From contig MU058418.1 of assembly GCA_013265495.1 (NCBI GenBank), positions 682,001-746,000 on the forward strand: a stretch of 64,000 nt of DNA. The letters run 5' to 3'. Under the pieces are notes generated by a model that made no database searches, was not told the origin of the DNA, and worked only from the letters and a program-made list of their open reading frames with translations. Positions 1-12,409 of the stretch are shown piece after piece. The position numbers were made by a program, and so were the translations under genes. The stretch's first letter is position 1. Each line of letters starts with the position of its first letter. Source of the stretch: Vicugna vicugna. Lineage: Eukaryota.

Positions 1-984
1 CCTCAAAAACTCCTAAACTCACATATTTGCCTTATCCTGAGACAGGGTCTCACATGGTACTTGGAACAGAAGAGGGTTCAGCAAATGTCTGCAAGATGAC
101 ATAGTGGCTAAATTCCAGTTTCACTGTCTATGTGTTCTTTATGTATCAAGAACACTGCTTCTGGAGAAAGAAAAAAGGCAACATGTCTGTTCATCCTTGG
201 GAACCTGGAATCTAGAACCTGGAGTCATGCTCAACTCTTTGCAAATCCATAACTTGGGGCTGCTAATTAGGGAAAGAGCAACTCCCATTGGCATCTAGCC
301 CACTGGGCAGACAATGGTGTGGCAAGTTTGCCCGTGTGGTCTTGCTGCCCTTCCTACTGGTCACTTCCCTATGCTGAGCTATTCTGGGGCAGGTGGTACA
401 AAAGGCATTCAGCCCCTGGGTCACTTTCTACCCTGTGATGAGAGAGAAACACTAACTCTCATTGGAGGACAGATTTGATTTATGGCCAGGTCAAATCCCT
501 GCCATGCTAGACACTTTTATTGACATGGGTAGGAATTTGAGGTCCCCAGACTGGTCCACTGTAATCAATTCGTTAGCCCTTGTTTCTTCAGGGTTTCTTT
601 TTTCCTTAGGTTAGTAGTCCTTCAATTACTCAAAAATGATGAATAAATGCCCAAGAGTCCTAATTAGAAGACAGGGGGGAAAAATCACTCATTACATGTG
701 ATGTGGTCTCATTGTCTAAATTCTAATAACACAGGCCTAAAAGCTATAATGTCAGCTCTCAGTAGCCAGAGACATCTCTTCCAACTGCAGCCTGGGTGGG
801 GACTGTCAGGGAGTCCCTGGTCCTGGTGGGCCCTGACCGTTCCCCAGTGCCCAGAGAGGCAGCCTGTGAGCCTCTGGCAGCAGCGCACCCAGCAGCCCCG
901 TGGGGGGCAGTCGCACCTGCCCTGGGAGGGTGGAGACACCTGGAACCACCTGCAGTCTCTGGAAAACAGACAGACAAAGCCTAC

Positions 985-1179
985 CTGACTCGATCCTGCC
1001 TTCCTGGCGCTCGGGGGTATCCTCGGAGGCGCTGGCACCCCTGGGGAAGGGCTGGTGGCTGAAGAGGTCATCACACAGGAGACTCCGGCACAGCTTGGCG
1101 AGGAAGCGAAGGACGTACCCAATGCTGTTCACCACAGGCAGACTCCGCAGGTGCTGCTTCCCATCGAAGGATGCAGAGA
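985..1179 (-). CDS. SCML4: SCML4 exon 5 (195 nt), SLED/DUF3588 C-terminal part
   Basis: gcttttccag|TCTCT...TCAG|gtaggc. Encodes (V)SASFDGKQHLRSLPVVNSIGYVLRFLAKLCRSLLCDDLFSHQPFPRGASASEDTPERQEGRIES, in frame with exon 4. Confidence 0.97.
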
Positions 1180-1289
1180 CTGGAAAAGCCCAGAGATGGA
1201 GACTCAGAGCTGGACTCTGGAGAAAGCCGCAAGCCCGTCAGCCCTGGGGAGCAGGGTTTGGTTTGTTCAGTTTTGTTTTGTTTTAAACT

Positions 1290-2150
1290 AAGTTTTATGT
1301 GGATTTCACCTATTTTTTTCACTAATGTCCGATCTCGTCCAGGAGACCACATTGGGTATCACTGTCATGTAAACTTGGTCTCTTCAGGTTTGAAATTGTT
1401 TCTCAGACTTTCCTTGTTTTTCATGATCTAGACAGTCTTGAAGAGTACTAGTCAGGTATTTTGTAAAATGTCCCTCAGTTTGGGCTTGTCCAATGTTTTT
1501 CTCATGATTTGACTGGGGTTATGAGTTTTGGGGAGGGAGACCACAGAGGTGAAGTGCACTTCTCATCACATTGGATCAGAAGTACATAATATCTACATCA
1601 CATCACTGCGATGTTAACCTTCATCTCCTGACCAAGGTAGTGTTTGCCACATTTCTCCATTGAATTCTCCATATTCTGTTCCCCAGAAAAGTCACAAGGT
1701 CCTGCCCACACACAAGGGCGGTGGCGGGATTGAGCTCCGCCTCCCGGAGAGGGAGCGTCTCTGCATCATTTGGAATTCTACGATAAGGAAGAATTGGCCC
1801 TTCTCCTTCGTGTATGTATGTATGTATGTATGTATGTATGTATGTATGTATGTATGTATTTATATCAGTGCAGACTCAATATTTTGTACTTTGGGTTGCC
1901 CAATACTGTGTTATTTATTTGTTGCTAAATTACTCTAGTTTTTGTATTTGGGAGCTTTCAGATTGACTCCTGTATCCCTATGAGGTACTCCCTTTTTTTT
2001 TTCCCAGCAACTCTAGATAGATAGATCTAGATGGGTAGGTAGATCAAGATAGATAAGCCTAGATCTAGATATATAAGTTTATTCAAACAATCATGAGTTT
2101 ATCTGGAGGTCTCCAACTCTAACCCAGCATCACGGAGTTCAGGGTTCATT
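1290..2150 (-). mobile_element. Old L1 (L1MC/L1MD-like) 3'UTR fragment
   Basis: Reverse complement contains 'acattttacaaaatacctgactagtactcttcaagactgtctagatcatgaaaaacaaggaaagtctgagaa', typical of L1MC 3' ends. Homologous to 12410-13415. Confidence 0.75.
1811..1858. repeat. (TATG)n tetranucleotide microsatellite, about 12 units
   Basis: Perfect tgtatgtatg... run seen directly. Confidence 0.97.
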
Positions 2151-2574
2151 CAGCCTTCTGGGGAGGAATCTTTATAAAAGGACAATCACCTCTCCATAGT
2201 GATGCTAGATCAATTTCTCTAGGTTACTAGAATTTAGAAGAGGCACCACTTTCTTCCAGCCCAGAGCATGTTCCTTTCTGCAGTTCTCCTCACAGCCCTC
2301 TGCTGCAGCGTGAAGCTTGCACACCAGCTCTGGTGCAGGGAACATGCAAGAAGATCCCCAGCAGGACACTCTGCTCCCTGCTGGGCTCTGCCCTCAGTGC
2401 TTACACCTGGAGGTCAGCCTGAGTTTTTATACTATATCTCCCAAAGGCTGGCACGCTGCAGAGCAACCAGAGCTAATTTTGATTTCAGAACTAAAAAATA
2501 AACAACAACCCCTCACACACCCATTTAAATTAAAAATCAAAGGAATCCTTTCATTTTGTGTAGCTTTTTATAGT

Positions 2575-2760
2575 CTGATAAGAACTTTCAAATCCATCAT
2601 TTCATTTAGGCCTTCTGACCATCCTATGAGGTCAATGAAGAAAAGGTTGTGATCCCATAATACAGAAGAGGAGACTGAGGAGAAGTCATGGAATGGTTTT
2701 TCAAGCTCATGTGGCATCTAAGTGGCACTTGCTTGTCACTTAAATACTCCAGGTGACTCT
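2575..2760. mobile_element. MIR SINE fragment
   Basis: Decayed MIR core 'catcctatgagg...cccataatacagaagaggagactgagg'. Confidence 0.55.
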
Positions 2761-4564
2761 GATTGGGAGAGCCAGCAGAGATGCTGAGTAAGGGGGTCAT
2801 CCTGGCCACTCAGACTCTCTGGAAATTCTCTCTTGGTGTGGGTGCTGCTGCTTGCCTCTGATACCTTAAAAGACTGAACCCACAGAAAGAGGGTCTGGGG
2901 CATCAGGCCTGTGCCATAAATCAGTGTGTATACATTCTGAGATATTGGGAAAATTCCACCTCCTGGAAGCAGACATGGAATTTGTGAGATCATGGAGTCT
3001 ACCACTCTGGGAGAGCGGGACTAAGGCAGAGCATCCCAACAGGTGTGCTGGGAATGGTCCATGGGTACCGCGCTGCTGTTCCTTTCAGCCTTTGGGGTGG
3101 CCTGAGGCCCAGCCATGGCAGTTTAAGTTCCTTTAGCCCCTGGTGCCAGCACCAACGTCACCATTTTCTACATGTCACACCATGGGAATGTTTAGAAAGC
3201 AGTGCCCTAAGGATCAGGTTCTAAGTGGAGAGAGTGGCAGAGTCTGGCTCTTTGAGTCCCTCCCTAAACCACTTGGAGATATCACAGCTTGGCTGGGCTT
3301 CCATATCACCATCGGAAACATGGAAGACCACCTTGCCACTTCACAACCTCAAGGAGGTAGCATGAGGAGTCCCCTCAGTGCTACTGCATTCTCCAAGACA
3401 CCAAGACCAAGTGCTCAGCTCTGGCCTTCCTGGGAATCCCGCAGCCAGGGAATCTTGGCAGGGCTCTGCCTGCTCTTCTGCTGGTGCCAAGCACTATAGA
3501 ACCTCCTCCCTGGCACCAAGGCCCATAAGGCCACAGAAAGGCTGAGAGGAGAGCAGGGAGGATGGGGTCAGCTCTCCCAGCTTAGAGGGTGGGGGCCACA
3601 AGGAACTCAGTTAGACGGGATTCATTCAGGGGATGGTGGAGGGGCACACAGTACAGGAGGAGCTTTCTCTTAGCACGAATCTGTGTCATGTCCTACTGTT
3701 TAGCAAGGAAACGACAAGGCTTTCAACCTCAGAGGGCAGCCCAAGATCGAGAACCTGGCTCTCAGATGGAAACCAAGAAAAGAGCGGCAAAGGGATTCTC
3801 AGAGGCCTGGCAGCAGGCCTCTCCTCCTGGCCCCTCCTGATGTAGTACTCCTTCCTCCTGCCTCTGGCTGTATCTTCTGTGTCTCTTAACAGTCATCCTG
3901 GGTCAGACACATGCACCCAGACCTTGCCAAGTTCTATTTTAATCAATTACTAGCAAGTCAGACCCAGCTTCCTGCTCAGAGGGAGCGCCAGAAGGAGTCT
4001 GAATCAATCAGAGCTGGGCGGGGGGGGCTGGGTTGGACAACCTCTCCACCCTCAAGCCCTTGGGGTCGATCTGGAGTTACATAAAATGCTTCTGCTTTGA
4101 TTCTTCAGGGTGCAGCCACATTAGAGGCCCCTCTCCCCGATCCTCTCTTAGCCAGCCAGCAGAGTCACGTGCACTGCCCCACAGTGAGGGAAGCGTCCCC
4201 TCTTTCCCTGGTGATATGGAGGCCATATCCACAATGCTGGACCAGAGAAGACACCAACCTGTCCCCTTAGAGTGAAAGCATCTTGCAAAGGGGTTCAGGG
4301 CAGGTGGTGACAACCACTGTGTATGTAGAGAGCCTTGGGTAAGAAGGGGAGAGGCTCTACAGGCAAACGTTTGAAGGCGGCAGAGCTTCTGATTCTGCCT
4401 CTCACCTGCGGCGACAACTTCTACTCCCTCTGGATGCGGTTGGGTCAGGGCGGAAACTGGAGGAGGGTGGTGACAATGGGAGAAGGGATTGACCCTGAAG
4501 GCTCCTGTTTAAAAGATGCCCTGTGAGACGGGGTTGAGACCACGAGCTTTCCCCACTGCCCTGC

Positions 4565-5130
4565 ATGGTGTTAAGTGCTATGAAAAAGGGATGAAGCAGA
4601 GGAAGGGAGAATAAATAGTGACAAGGGCTGATATGTTAGACAGGGTGGTCAGGAAAGGGCAATTTGATAAGGTAGCATTTGAGTAGAAACCTGAAAGAAG
4701 TCCAGGAGCAAGTCACACGGACAGCTGGGGAAAGAACATTCCAGAAAAAGAAAACAGCAGGTGCAAAGACCCTGTGACAGGAGCATGGTTGGAAGACATA
4801 GGAATGAGGCCACTGTGGCCAGTGCTGAATGGTGGACTCAAGAGAAGTGACTAGGAATTACCCAGGGTCAGGTCACATAGGGCCTGGGGGCCCTTGTAAG
4901 GATGTGGGCTTTTTCTCATAATGGCATGGGAGCCATTGAGGGTTTAGAGCAGAGGAAGGGCATAATCTGACTTAGATTTTTAAAGAACCAGAATGGTTGC
5001 TGTGGGTGGTGAAAGGTGGCTGGATTCTGGATATATTTTGAAGTTAGAGCGATAGGATTTACTGATGGGTTGCAAGTGGGAGATGGGAGAAAGAGACAAG
5101 TCAAGGGTAAGAGTTCAGTCATCTAGTCTT
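4565..5130 (-). mobile_element. L2 LINE fragment
   Basis: L2-type motifs 'gggtggtcaggaaagg...tttgagtagaaacctgaa...aacagcaggtgcaaagaccctg' and 'ggattctggatatattttgaag'. Confidence 0.8.
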
Positions 5131-5324
5131 CTTGTCCAGGTCTGGAAGTATCACCTCCTGAAGCCCTGAGAGAGGCCTTCGGCACACAGGCTCATTTAAG
5201 GTCCCACCAGCAGATGGGGACGGACCCTGGCCATAGCCCCTGTCCCCCCAGCCTGATTATAGTTTCTTTCCTCTTCAGAGAGACACCCACAGCCCTCCTC
5301 ACACAATATGCTCCGGGGCCTTAC

Positions 5325-5525
5325 CCGACACCATCTCACCACCGTAGCCCTGCTTGACCAGGGAGAAGACCAGCTTCTGATGGTGAGCGCAGTCGATGCA
5401 CGCTTGCACAGCCTGCTGCAGGACCGCCGACGGCCTCTCGGGCCCGAAGTGCTCAGGCAGCTGTTGCACCTTCCTCTTCTCCAGGTATGGCCCTGCGTTG
5501 GCTTGCTTGTTGATATAGAGGCAGA
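5325..5525 (-). CDS. SCML4: SCML4 exon 4 (201 nt), SLED/DUF3588 N-terminal part
   Basis: ctgtttccacag|TCTGC...TCGG|gtaagg. Manual translation gives (V)CLYINKQANAGPYLEKRKVQQLPEHFGPERPSAVLQQAVQACIDCAHHQKLVFSLVKQGYGGEMVS. This frame is absent from the supplied ORF track. Phase 1 to phase 1. Confidence 0.97.
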
Positions 5526-6067
5526 CTGTGGAAACAGACCCACAAAGCCCTCAGCATCAACACACATCAGGCCTGGGGTGGCTCTCGTGTGTATGGGGGT
5601 GCCTCAGCCATGCCCCCTTGGCCTTGGCCTTGGGAAAGCTGAAAAGGCCAAAGTGGGACCAACTTTTCCCAACTTAAGAAGTAAAAGAGGCAGTAGAGCC
5701 AATCACCTCCAACCACCAGGGCTTGATCTCAAGAGGGCCTCCTGGTTGGGAAGAGACAGACAGATGGGTCCTCTCTGGTGTACTTAAATCTGAATCGTAG
5801 ACAATTATGGACAATTGTTGACCATGTGTATAAATATATTTCTATGCTGGGAACATACACACACAAAATCTTCCTCCCTCCTCCCAAGAAGCTATCAAGC
5901 TATACATAATATTTGCCCTTTTTTTTTTTGTTAACCTGAAGTAAATAAAAAAAGCAACATGATGCTAATCACTCCAAAGACTATTGATTCAATGAAGTTC
6001 TAAAGAGAATGCTATTTACAACCTCAGGAATAATAAACAGTCAGCTGTCCATTTAAATGAGCTCAAC

Positions 6068-6345
6068 CAATTGTCCCCACACTTTTAAAGTAATACACCC
6101 CATCGGTAAAAAATGTTTGAACACATGCCCCAAAGAGTGTGTGTTTATTTATAGATTATACACATTCTCAACTGTATCAATGTATTGCATAAATTTTAAA
6201 ACATAATAAAAAATGGACATTTTTAAAGGATGAGAAGAAAAGAAATAATAGTAGATGTCGTATTTTCTTCCATACGTTAATGACTCCTCTTATGTCTCCC
6301 CTTGCCTCCACCCCAGGTGTGAGCGTCTTACCTTGGGAGCCACTA
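6068..6345 (+). mobile_element. hAT-Charlie MITE (MER112-like)
   Basis: 'caccccatcggtaaaaaatgtttgaacaca...tttaaaggatgag...ttgggagccactag'. A related inverted copy lies at about 54270-54440. Confidence 0.5.
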
Positions 6346-6861
6346 GTGCAAAGGAGTGTTCAAGAGGGACTTTAAGAGGAGACCACTAGGATTTCGGAAG
6401 GATTAAACAGTAACAACAAAGTTGAAGAAAAACACTTTTTCATTGAACAGCTACTCTATCCTGGGCACTGTATATACTTTATCTTGTTTGATTCTCAACA
6501 TAGGATTTAGATATTATTACTTCCTTTACTAATGAAGCAACTTCAAGGTGAGTAGGCTCACTATTGGTGCAAAATAAACCTGGCTCTGAAAAGAAAAAAT
6601 TGGGCCACCAACCACTGTTCATAGTCCCCCACCCATCTATGGCAGCCAGCAACCCAAGATGCATTGAAAACAAATTTTAAATAATCCAGGCTGTGAAACA
6701 TTTAAATCCTGTTCTCAGGGAACCTGAGCACCCCACCTGCTGTCCAGCTAACACTGTAAATCTTCCATTTGCTCAATCTCAGAGGTGGCTCTCTAGTTCA
6801 CAAAGTAACTCTAGATGGTGGGCAGACCATCACAGCCCAGGAGTTCATTCACCTGACATAC

Positions 6862-6991
6862 CTGTGAGAGCCTGTGGGGCCGCCAAGCTGGGTATGGTGG
6901 CTGCATCCTGAGGAATGGAGCTGAGGTCGGGCTCTGGCGTGCTCCGCGGAGGTGAGAGGGCTAACGGAGTCATGAGAACCCGAGACTTGAG
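6862..6991 (-). CDS. SCML4: SCML4 exon 3 (130 nt)
   Basis: ctctctcttgcag|CTCAAG...ACAG|gtatgt. Encodes LKSRVLMTPLALSPPRSTPEPDLSSIPQDAATIPSLAAPQALT, carrying the Scm-family STPEPDxSxxPQDAAT motif. Phase 0 to phase 1. Confidence 0.97.
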
Positions 6992-7165
6992 CTGCAAGAG
7001 AGAGCCCAGAGTCAATGAAAATCTGGAGATGCTCTCTGCACCTTCCCAGGATCTTTCCTGGGTGTTGGTTAACCACTGCGACTCTGTCACGCTTTCACAC
7101 CTTTCTATTGTGCAGCTTTGGGAGCTGAACTTCAGATTCAAGTCCATGACCAAGATTTAAGTTTG

Positions 7166-7453
7166 CAGAAAGAGACTCACAGGCATAGAAAACAAACTTA
7201 CGGTTACCAAAGGGGAAAGGGATGGGAGGAGGGATAAATTAGGAGTTTGGGATTAGCAGATACAAACTACTATATATAAAATAGACAAACAACAAGTCCT
7301 ACTGTATAGTACAGGCAACTACAGACAATATCTTGTAATAACCTGTAATGAAAAAGAATATGAAAAAGAATACATATATAAAACCGAATCACTACGGTAT
7401 GTACCAGAAACTGACACACATTGTAAATCAACTATAGTTCAATTAGGAAAAAA
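7166..7453 (+). mobile_element. 5'-truncated young L1 3' end (cetartiodactyl-type) with polyA and TSD
   Basis: 'gactcacaggcatagaaaacaaacttacggttaccaaagggg...cattgtaaatcaactata' followed by an A tail. 14-bp TSD aagatt(t/c)aagtttg at 7152-7165 and 7454-7467. Confidence 0.9.
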
Positions 7454-8074
7454 AAGATTCAAGTTTGGGTCACACCCAGTGGTCACCTCTGCATCCCCCA
7501 CCCTTACAGTGGAGCCACCCAGGAAATGACTGTGTCAGGCAGCGTGTGTGGGACACAAAGAGATGTGGACAGTTGGAATTTGCAAGCCCTCGAGTGCAAG
7601 ACGCAGAGTGGGGGACAGTTCCCAGCCTGAGCCCCTGTGTTGTCGAGATTCCCGTGGACAGGGCTTTCCCAACAGCCACCTAGAGACTGTCCCTGAAGTT
7701 CTGCTCACTCTACTGAGCTTTTTGCTCACAAAGATCACTGGCTCCTGCTGGAAAAGAGAGAGCAAGAGCCATTCCCCCAAGTGGCTGACGTGCTTCTCAG
7801 CAGGGTAGTGCCTCTGCAGCAGAGACCATCAAGGCAGCTGAGAGTGAACATGAGTGCATTCTCTGGTAGTGACAAGCAGCCACCTGGAAGGTCCCTCAGT
7901 TGAAATCACAAATGAGGAGCTGAAGTTTGCTGTTATGGAATAGGGTGGAGATGACTGGTTGATGTGTCAATGCCAGCAAGTCACTCTCTGTACCAAGGTC
8001 TGACAGATAAGTTTCTAATCTTAGCTGTCCACCCAAAAATAAGAAGGAAGTCAGTCACTTCATCACTTCACCAC

Positions 8075-8362
8075 CGACCTATGTCTGGACCCCATTCCAG
8101 ACCACTTACATCAATCTCTGGGTGTGGGACCCCGGATACTCAGATGATTCCAGTACAAAATTAATCAAAGATTAAGGACCGCTGCTCAACACCAGTGCTT
8201 TTCAACTTCAAGGTGCAATCAATCACCTGGGGGGGTGTGGTCTCATTAAAATGCAGACTCTGATTCAGGAGGCCTGGGATGGGGCCTGAAATTCTGCATT
8301 TCTAACAAGCTCTTTAGGCAGTGCTGATGCTGGCTGGTCCATGGACCAAGCTTTGAGTAGTA
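8075..8362. mobile_element. Two adjacent MER5-family hAT MITEs in opposite orientation
   Basis: 8075-8185 resembles the MER5 3' half on +. 8192-8362 matches MER5A on - ('ctctgattcaggaggcctgggatggggcctgaaattctgcatttctaacaagctc'). Confidence 0.7.
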
Positions 8363-8486
8363 AGACATTGTTAATATATATGCAGTTCCCATCCATATCC
8401 TAACTTGCTTCCCAGATTTTTAGGATGTAATAATAATAATAGTAATGGGAAAATAGTATTCTTACTGCTAGTTATCCAATCATTCT

Positions 8487-9940
8487 GAATTCATTCATTT
8501 ATTCATTCAGCAAATATGTATTGAGTGCACATTACAGGACAGAGACTACTTTAGCTGCTGGGGATACAGCAGGGAACAGAGAAACATATTTGTCCTCATA
8601 GAACTGACTTTCTGATGGGGGGAAACAGACAATAAACAGAATAAACAAGAAAATGATATAGTATGTTAGAGATGGTAAGAGCTGAGGATGAAAAAAGAGG
8701 AAGGAGCATGGAGAGGAATTGTATTTGGGGTTGAAATTTTAAAATAGGACAGTTAAGGCACTTCTTGGATGATATTGCATAAAGGTTTCAAGGAGGTGAG
8801 GGAGCAAGTCATACCAGTGTTTATGGGAAGAACATTCCAGTGAATGAGAATATCAAGTGCAAAGGTCCTGAGGCAAGAGCATGCCTGGAGTATTTATGCA
8901 ACTTCAAGGAGGCAAGAGTGAGATTGGAGAGGTGGTAAAGCCACAGGGATTTGCAAGACTGCAAGGTCTTCGACTTTTGCTCTGAGCTCTTTTGAGCAGA
9001 GAAACTACAAAATCTAAACGGACATTTTAACAATATTTCTGATTGCTGTGTTGAAAGAAATGAAAGGAGAAAAAGTGGGAGGACCACTAATCTAGGGTAG
9101 AAGAGCAATGATGGTAGGTTGGATCAGAGTGATAGCAGTGGAGGTGATGAGAAGGGGATGGATTCTGGACAGCTTTTGAAGGTGGAACCAGCAAGACTTT
9201 CCACACGTTGGATGTGGTGTGTGAGAGAAAAAAAGATGTCAAAGATGACTCCAAGGTTTGGGCCAGAGAGTCTGTAGGTGGAGTCAGAAGGAGGGGAGAG
9301 TGGAGAGAACTAGGGAATATCAGGGGTTAGTTTTGGACATGTCAAGTTTAAAGATGCCTAGATCCAAGTAGAGATGGTAAGTAGGCAAGTATGTATACTG
9401 GAGTATGGCGTTCTGGGGAAAGTCTAAACCGAGGTTAAAATTTGGGAATCATCAATAGAGAGTTGATAATTAAGGCCATGATAATGGATGAGATCATCAG
9501 AGAATTGAGTGTAAATGGAGAAGAGAAAGATCCAAGCACTGAGCCCTGCAAGACTCCAACAAGAAGAGGTTAGAGGGATGAGGAGGAACTAGCAAAAGAA
9601 ACCATGAAAGACATCCAGTGGGGTAGAAAGAAAACTGGGGAAGTGTGGTGATGTGGGAGCAAAATGGAGAAAGTGTTTCATGAAGGAGAGAGTGATTAAC
9701 CATGTCAAATACTCTGATCAGACAAGGAAGACTAGACGTGGCTGTTAGATGTAGCAACTTTTCAACAAGAGAGGTCTTGGTTGAGTAGGTGGGATGAGAA
9801 CCTGATTGGAATAAGCTCAAGAAATAATGGGGAAAGAGGTATTGGGATCAGGAAGTAAAGTCAACTCTGTCTAGGAGTCTTGTCTTAAAGGGGACCAGCA
9901 AATTAGCCATAGCAAGAGGAAAGCAGGATCAAAAGATTTT
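8487..9940 (-). mobile_element. L2 LINE (3' end at left), interrupted by an L1 and resuming at about 10680-10920
   Basis: Diagnostic 'cattcatttattcattcagcaaatatgtattgagtg' tail and a long purine-rich L2 body. Confidence 0.85.
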
Positions 9941-9944
9941 TGCC

Positions 9945-10678
9945 TCACAGTGAGATACCACCTTGTACCCATTAGGATGGCTACTATAAAAAAAAATCTT
10001 AAATAACAAGTGTTGATGAGGATGGGGAGAAATTGCAACCTTTGTGCACTATTGGTGGGAATGTCAAATGGTACAGAATGCTTAAAATGATGCATTCCTC
10101 AAAAAATTAAAAATAGAATTATCCAGCAATTCCACTTCTGGGTATATATCCAAAAAAACTGAAAGCAGGGTCTCCAAAAGATACTTATATACTCATATTC
10201 ATAGCAGTATTATTCATAATTGTCATTCTGAAAGCAACTACAAATGTCTGTCAGCAGATGAATGGATAAACAAAATGTGGTATATATGTACAAGGAAATA
10301 TTATTCAGGCTTAAAAAGGAAGAAAATTCTTACACACGCTACAACATGGATGAAACCTGAGGACCTTATGCTAAGTGAAATAAGCCAGTCACAAAAAAAC
10401 AGCTACTGTATGACTCCCCTTATATGAGGTACCTAAAGGAGTCAGACGCACTAAACAGAACGTAGAATGGTGGGTGCCAGGGGCTGGAGGGAGGGGGAGA
10501 GGGAAAGCTGTTTAATGGGTATGGAGTTTCAGTTCTGCAAGGTGAAGACATTCTGGAGATTGGATGCACAATGAAGTGAATATACTTAATGCTACTAAAC
10601 TGTATACTTAGAAATGGTTATGAGTGTAAATTCTATGCCATGTGGTTTTTTCACAATTAATTTTTTTTAATTTTAAAA
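9945..10678 (+). mobile_element. L1 3' fragment (L1MA/L1MB-like) inserted into L2
   Basis: 'gagataccaccttgtacccattaggatggctactat...gatgaatggataaacaaaatgtgg...atgctaagtgaaataagccagtcaca': ORF2 C-terminus plus 3'UTR. Confidence 0.9.
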
Positions 10679-12409
10679 GATGCTTTTGTTTTTGAGATGG
10701 GAGAAATATGTTCAAATGCTGATGGAACTAACTCAGTAGAGAGTGAAAATTTGATGACAGAGGGGAGTAAGTGGAGATCTGCTGGCATCGGGTCTCTGAG
10801 TAGGTGATAGAGGATGAGACTTGGTGAATCAGAGGGGAGCTATGGCCTTAGGGAGAAACAAGGACTTTGCATCCAGTGCAATAGGAAGGAAAGAGGGTCT
10901 GGATCTGGGTATGTGGAGGTGGGAGCTTACAGAAGGCCTCTTCCAATGGCTTTTAATTTCTCAGTGACGCTGGAAGCTGTGTGTAAGGGCAGAGGAGGGC
11001 ATATTGATGAAGTTGGAGGGAGAGGTGGAGGAATGAAGCATAGCTGCTGAGCAGCACTGAAGGCACAATGGGATGTGTGGAGATGAATTTAAATTCATTG
11101 AAATGAATTTAAAAGGAGATAGGCCAAGAGTAAGGGGGTTGGCTACACAAGGCTGTATGAGTGCAGAATCTGGGGCTCTTGTGCGAGACCCTATACTAAT
11201 CAGAAGCAGCATATAACAACAGATATCTCATCTTACTGTGAATTTAGCATTTGAAAAATCAAAGGGGTCATCATGTACCAATACACTACTAAATATTATA
11301 AAACTAATTTAAAAGACACTTCAGTGGTGGGAAGGAACAGGTGGGAAACCTGCTGTGACTCAGTCACCATGACTTTGGCAGGGTTTCCTCATCTGCCAAA
11401 TGTGAAGAGAGCTATGGCCTCGCTGTCTGTCCTCTCAGGTCATGCACCAAGGGTCCCCCTGGTGGTCTCTCTAGGAATGATATCCAGTTCTGCATAGCTT
11501 GTGAGGGAGAGGCTGGCGGTGACAGCTCCCAAGGACCGAAGGCAGCCTCTGGAAGAGCCTTGGCTAAATCCTCCTTTTACAGGCGTAAAGCCCTCCAGCT
11601 CCCAACACACAGATAACAATGTCCGTGGGGGTAAAAACAGGATTAGCAAGCCGTCATTCCCCCCCCCTCCCCCGGTGTCTTTAAGTAAATTACACAAAGA
11701 TCCTTGTGATCCTTCCCTAGAAAGATGATGATAATGATGATGATGATGGCAGCTGATTTAGACAGACAGGCACTGTTTATGGTTCACGTAAACCTCATGA
11801 CAACGCTCACATCTAATGCTTGCTCATTATTTTAATATTTATTAGAGAGGGATCTGTACATTTGAACCCACCTCCAATGAAGTAAGACAATTACAATTGA
11901 CTGTTACCTCTGCCCATCAATTCTGTCCAGGTGAAGCAATTAAAGGGATTAGAATAAGTCAGCTGGTTGCAGGAAAAACCATATGCATTCATTCAACCTC
12001 TAAAACAACGGCTAGGACTTTTGAACAAATAAAGAATCTCGTGCAACTATGGGCGGTATATGATTTTTTGTAATATCCTTTTGGTAAGAGAATAAATCAT
12101 CAGTAGAAATATCCTTTGACTTAGCATTCTGAAATTTCTCATTGTTTAAAGTAACCTAGTCTAGAAAAGGGAGTCACCCATGATTTTAGAAAGGGCCTAA
12201 AATAGATTCATATTCTAGTCCACTGACTAGAAACATTCCTTTGGTGTGATGTGGCACCCTGGGAGTCAGTGCCTCTCCACGTGTGCAGTGAGGAGCTCCC
12301 TGTGTGCGCCAACCTATCCAAGCTGTTCCTAGCAGGGCATTTGTCTTTGTCATTGCTGGGGTTTTGTTTGTTTGGTTGGTTGGTTTTTTAAATGGACAAA
12401 ATAAAACAG

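Noticed and set aside
698..1431. Many overlapping ORFs around exon 5
   Set aside because: An effect of high GC content. Only the 1179-985 frame matches SCML4.
2011..2075. Repeated TAGATCTA/CTAGATCTAG palindromes
   Set aside because: By-product of a degenerate (AGAT)n tract inside an old L1 3'UTR.
5196..5787. ORFs of 123 aa (-) and 159 aa (+) over exon 4
   Set aside because: Off-frame and antisense shadows of the GC-rich real exon.
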